Below the pieces are notes generated by a model that was given only the letters and a program-made list of their open reading frames with translations, had not been told where the DNA came from and ran no database searches. Source: Cyanophora paradoxa CCMP329 (Eukaryota; Plantae; Glaucophyta). From it: 64,000 nucleotides of DNA. Shown one piece after another: positions 63,401 to 64,000 of the stretch. Every line of letters starts with the position of its first letter. Position 1 is the first letter of the stretch. Both the position numbers and the translations under genes were made by a program. The stretch lies in the NCBI GenBank assembly GCA_004431415.1, contig QPMI01000477.1:372001-436000 (forward strand). Direction: 5' to 3'.

Positions 63401-64000
63401 GCTCGAGCCCCAGCCACTTTCCACAGCCGTTGCGGACGGGGCGCACAGGATGGAAGATGAAACGCCAGAGCCGGCAGGGGTTCGCTGGGCCCAGCCGTCG
63501 CCGCGCTTGAGTTTGGAGGTGAAGATCGGGGCCGGCATCGGCCGCGATCGCGAAGACGCGCCGGGTTCCGTCGAGAAAAACAGATTCGAAGCGAAGAAAA
63601 CCACAAGCGCGACGACGACGACGCCTACCGCGAAACCGACGGCGGGTCGGGGCAGGGCCCCGAATTCGCGAACGAAGCTCACGGTCCAGCTGACGCCGCC
63701 CACGGCCGCCCACGCCTTCAGCTTCGTCGCGCCCCCGCAGCAGCGAGAGTCCCCGCGAAGGCCCGGGACGCTCGATCGCGAGCTCGAAAGCGAGCCGGAC
63801 GTCGACGTCGACGTCGATCTCAAGGATCCGGAGCCCGCGACATCGCCGTCGACGGGGATCCGGATCCGGAGCTCGAGCTCGAGGAATGCACAGCCGGCTG
63901 GCCATGGCACCGCGCCCGCCGACACGGGTCCGGGCTGCATCCAATCTCTCGAAAAGTTTGACGAGCCTCCATACGCCTCCGGATCCGCCCCCGCCGCCAA
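54486..64000 (+). CDS. Large type-I membrane surface glycoprotein: signal peptide, 4 tandem beta-rich modules, mucin-like S/P/T/A stalk, FN3-like domains, TM helix, cytoplasmic tail (continues beyond the right edge)
   Basis: Exon 1 ...LAVSIVSLIAIISLCGNFACAT/ADNGG; repeats at 54.85-59.8 kb; SATASPTASPSS repeats at 59.8-61.45 kb; VEVSWSP, YTVRATEIGTGWLNLVW and TGLQPGATYGVAVR (FN3-like); TM LPLAVVAGAAGGGAALVAAVIAAVVL then RRRR at about 63280-63370. Confidence 0.8.
54850..59870 (+). repeat. About four tandem copies of a ~1318 bp unit (exons plus introns)
   Basis: cctcgcgctgg(a/c)gctcggcccgtcggcggcgcagg recurs at about 54859, 56194, 57512 and 58830; paired ORF-track coordinates 56160/57478/58796 differ by exactly 1318. 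Confidence 0.95.
59840..61440 (+). repeat. Coding minisatellite, mucin-like (EPSATASPTASPSSTALASPSPSPSLQ grading into STASPSPSATASPSPSATASPTASPS)
   Basis: Visible directly in the 59793..61661 ORF and in recurring gcaagcccgaccgcgtctcc units. Confidence 0.95.

Overview
GC-rich, intron-dense eukaryotic (algal or protist) nuclear DNA. Introns are short, many use GC-AG boundaries, and single-base indels in G/C runs are common. Most ORFs in the supplied track are therefore exon fragments or shadow frames, and the gene models below were stitched by eye from splice sites and protein motifs. Genes in order: USO1/p115 (-, runs off the left edge), NUP62/Nsp1 (+), a possible Tim17/22/23-like membrane protein (-), a myotubularin (+), PDAT/LRO1 (+, last exon duplicated), an orphan starting MGCTSS (-), an epiplastin/articulin-like fragment (+), a putatively plastid-targeted orphan (-), then a ~7.7 kb palindrome carrying two head-to-head bacterial-type (CrfC/YjdA-like) dynamin GTPase genes. 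These are followed by another orphan (-), a Dsc3-like UBL membrane protein (-), MetAP1 (+), a non-autonomous CACTA element, an F-box/LRR-like protein with two C-terminal PBZ fingers (+), a multidomain secreted S8 subtilase (-), a cluster of MITEs with a poly(A)-tailed element, and a large type-I membrane mucin-like protein with four ~1.3 kb internal repeats (+, runs off the right edge). The two best candidates for undescribed biology are (1) the palindromic dynamin pair, which has near-identical GTPase heads but unrelated, exon-bounded hairpin tips, and (2) the F-box-PBZ fusion, a possible poly(ADP-ribose)-reading SCF adaptor. All family assignments come from motif recognition; no database search was run.
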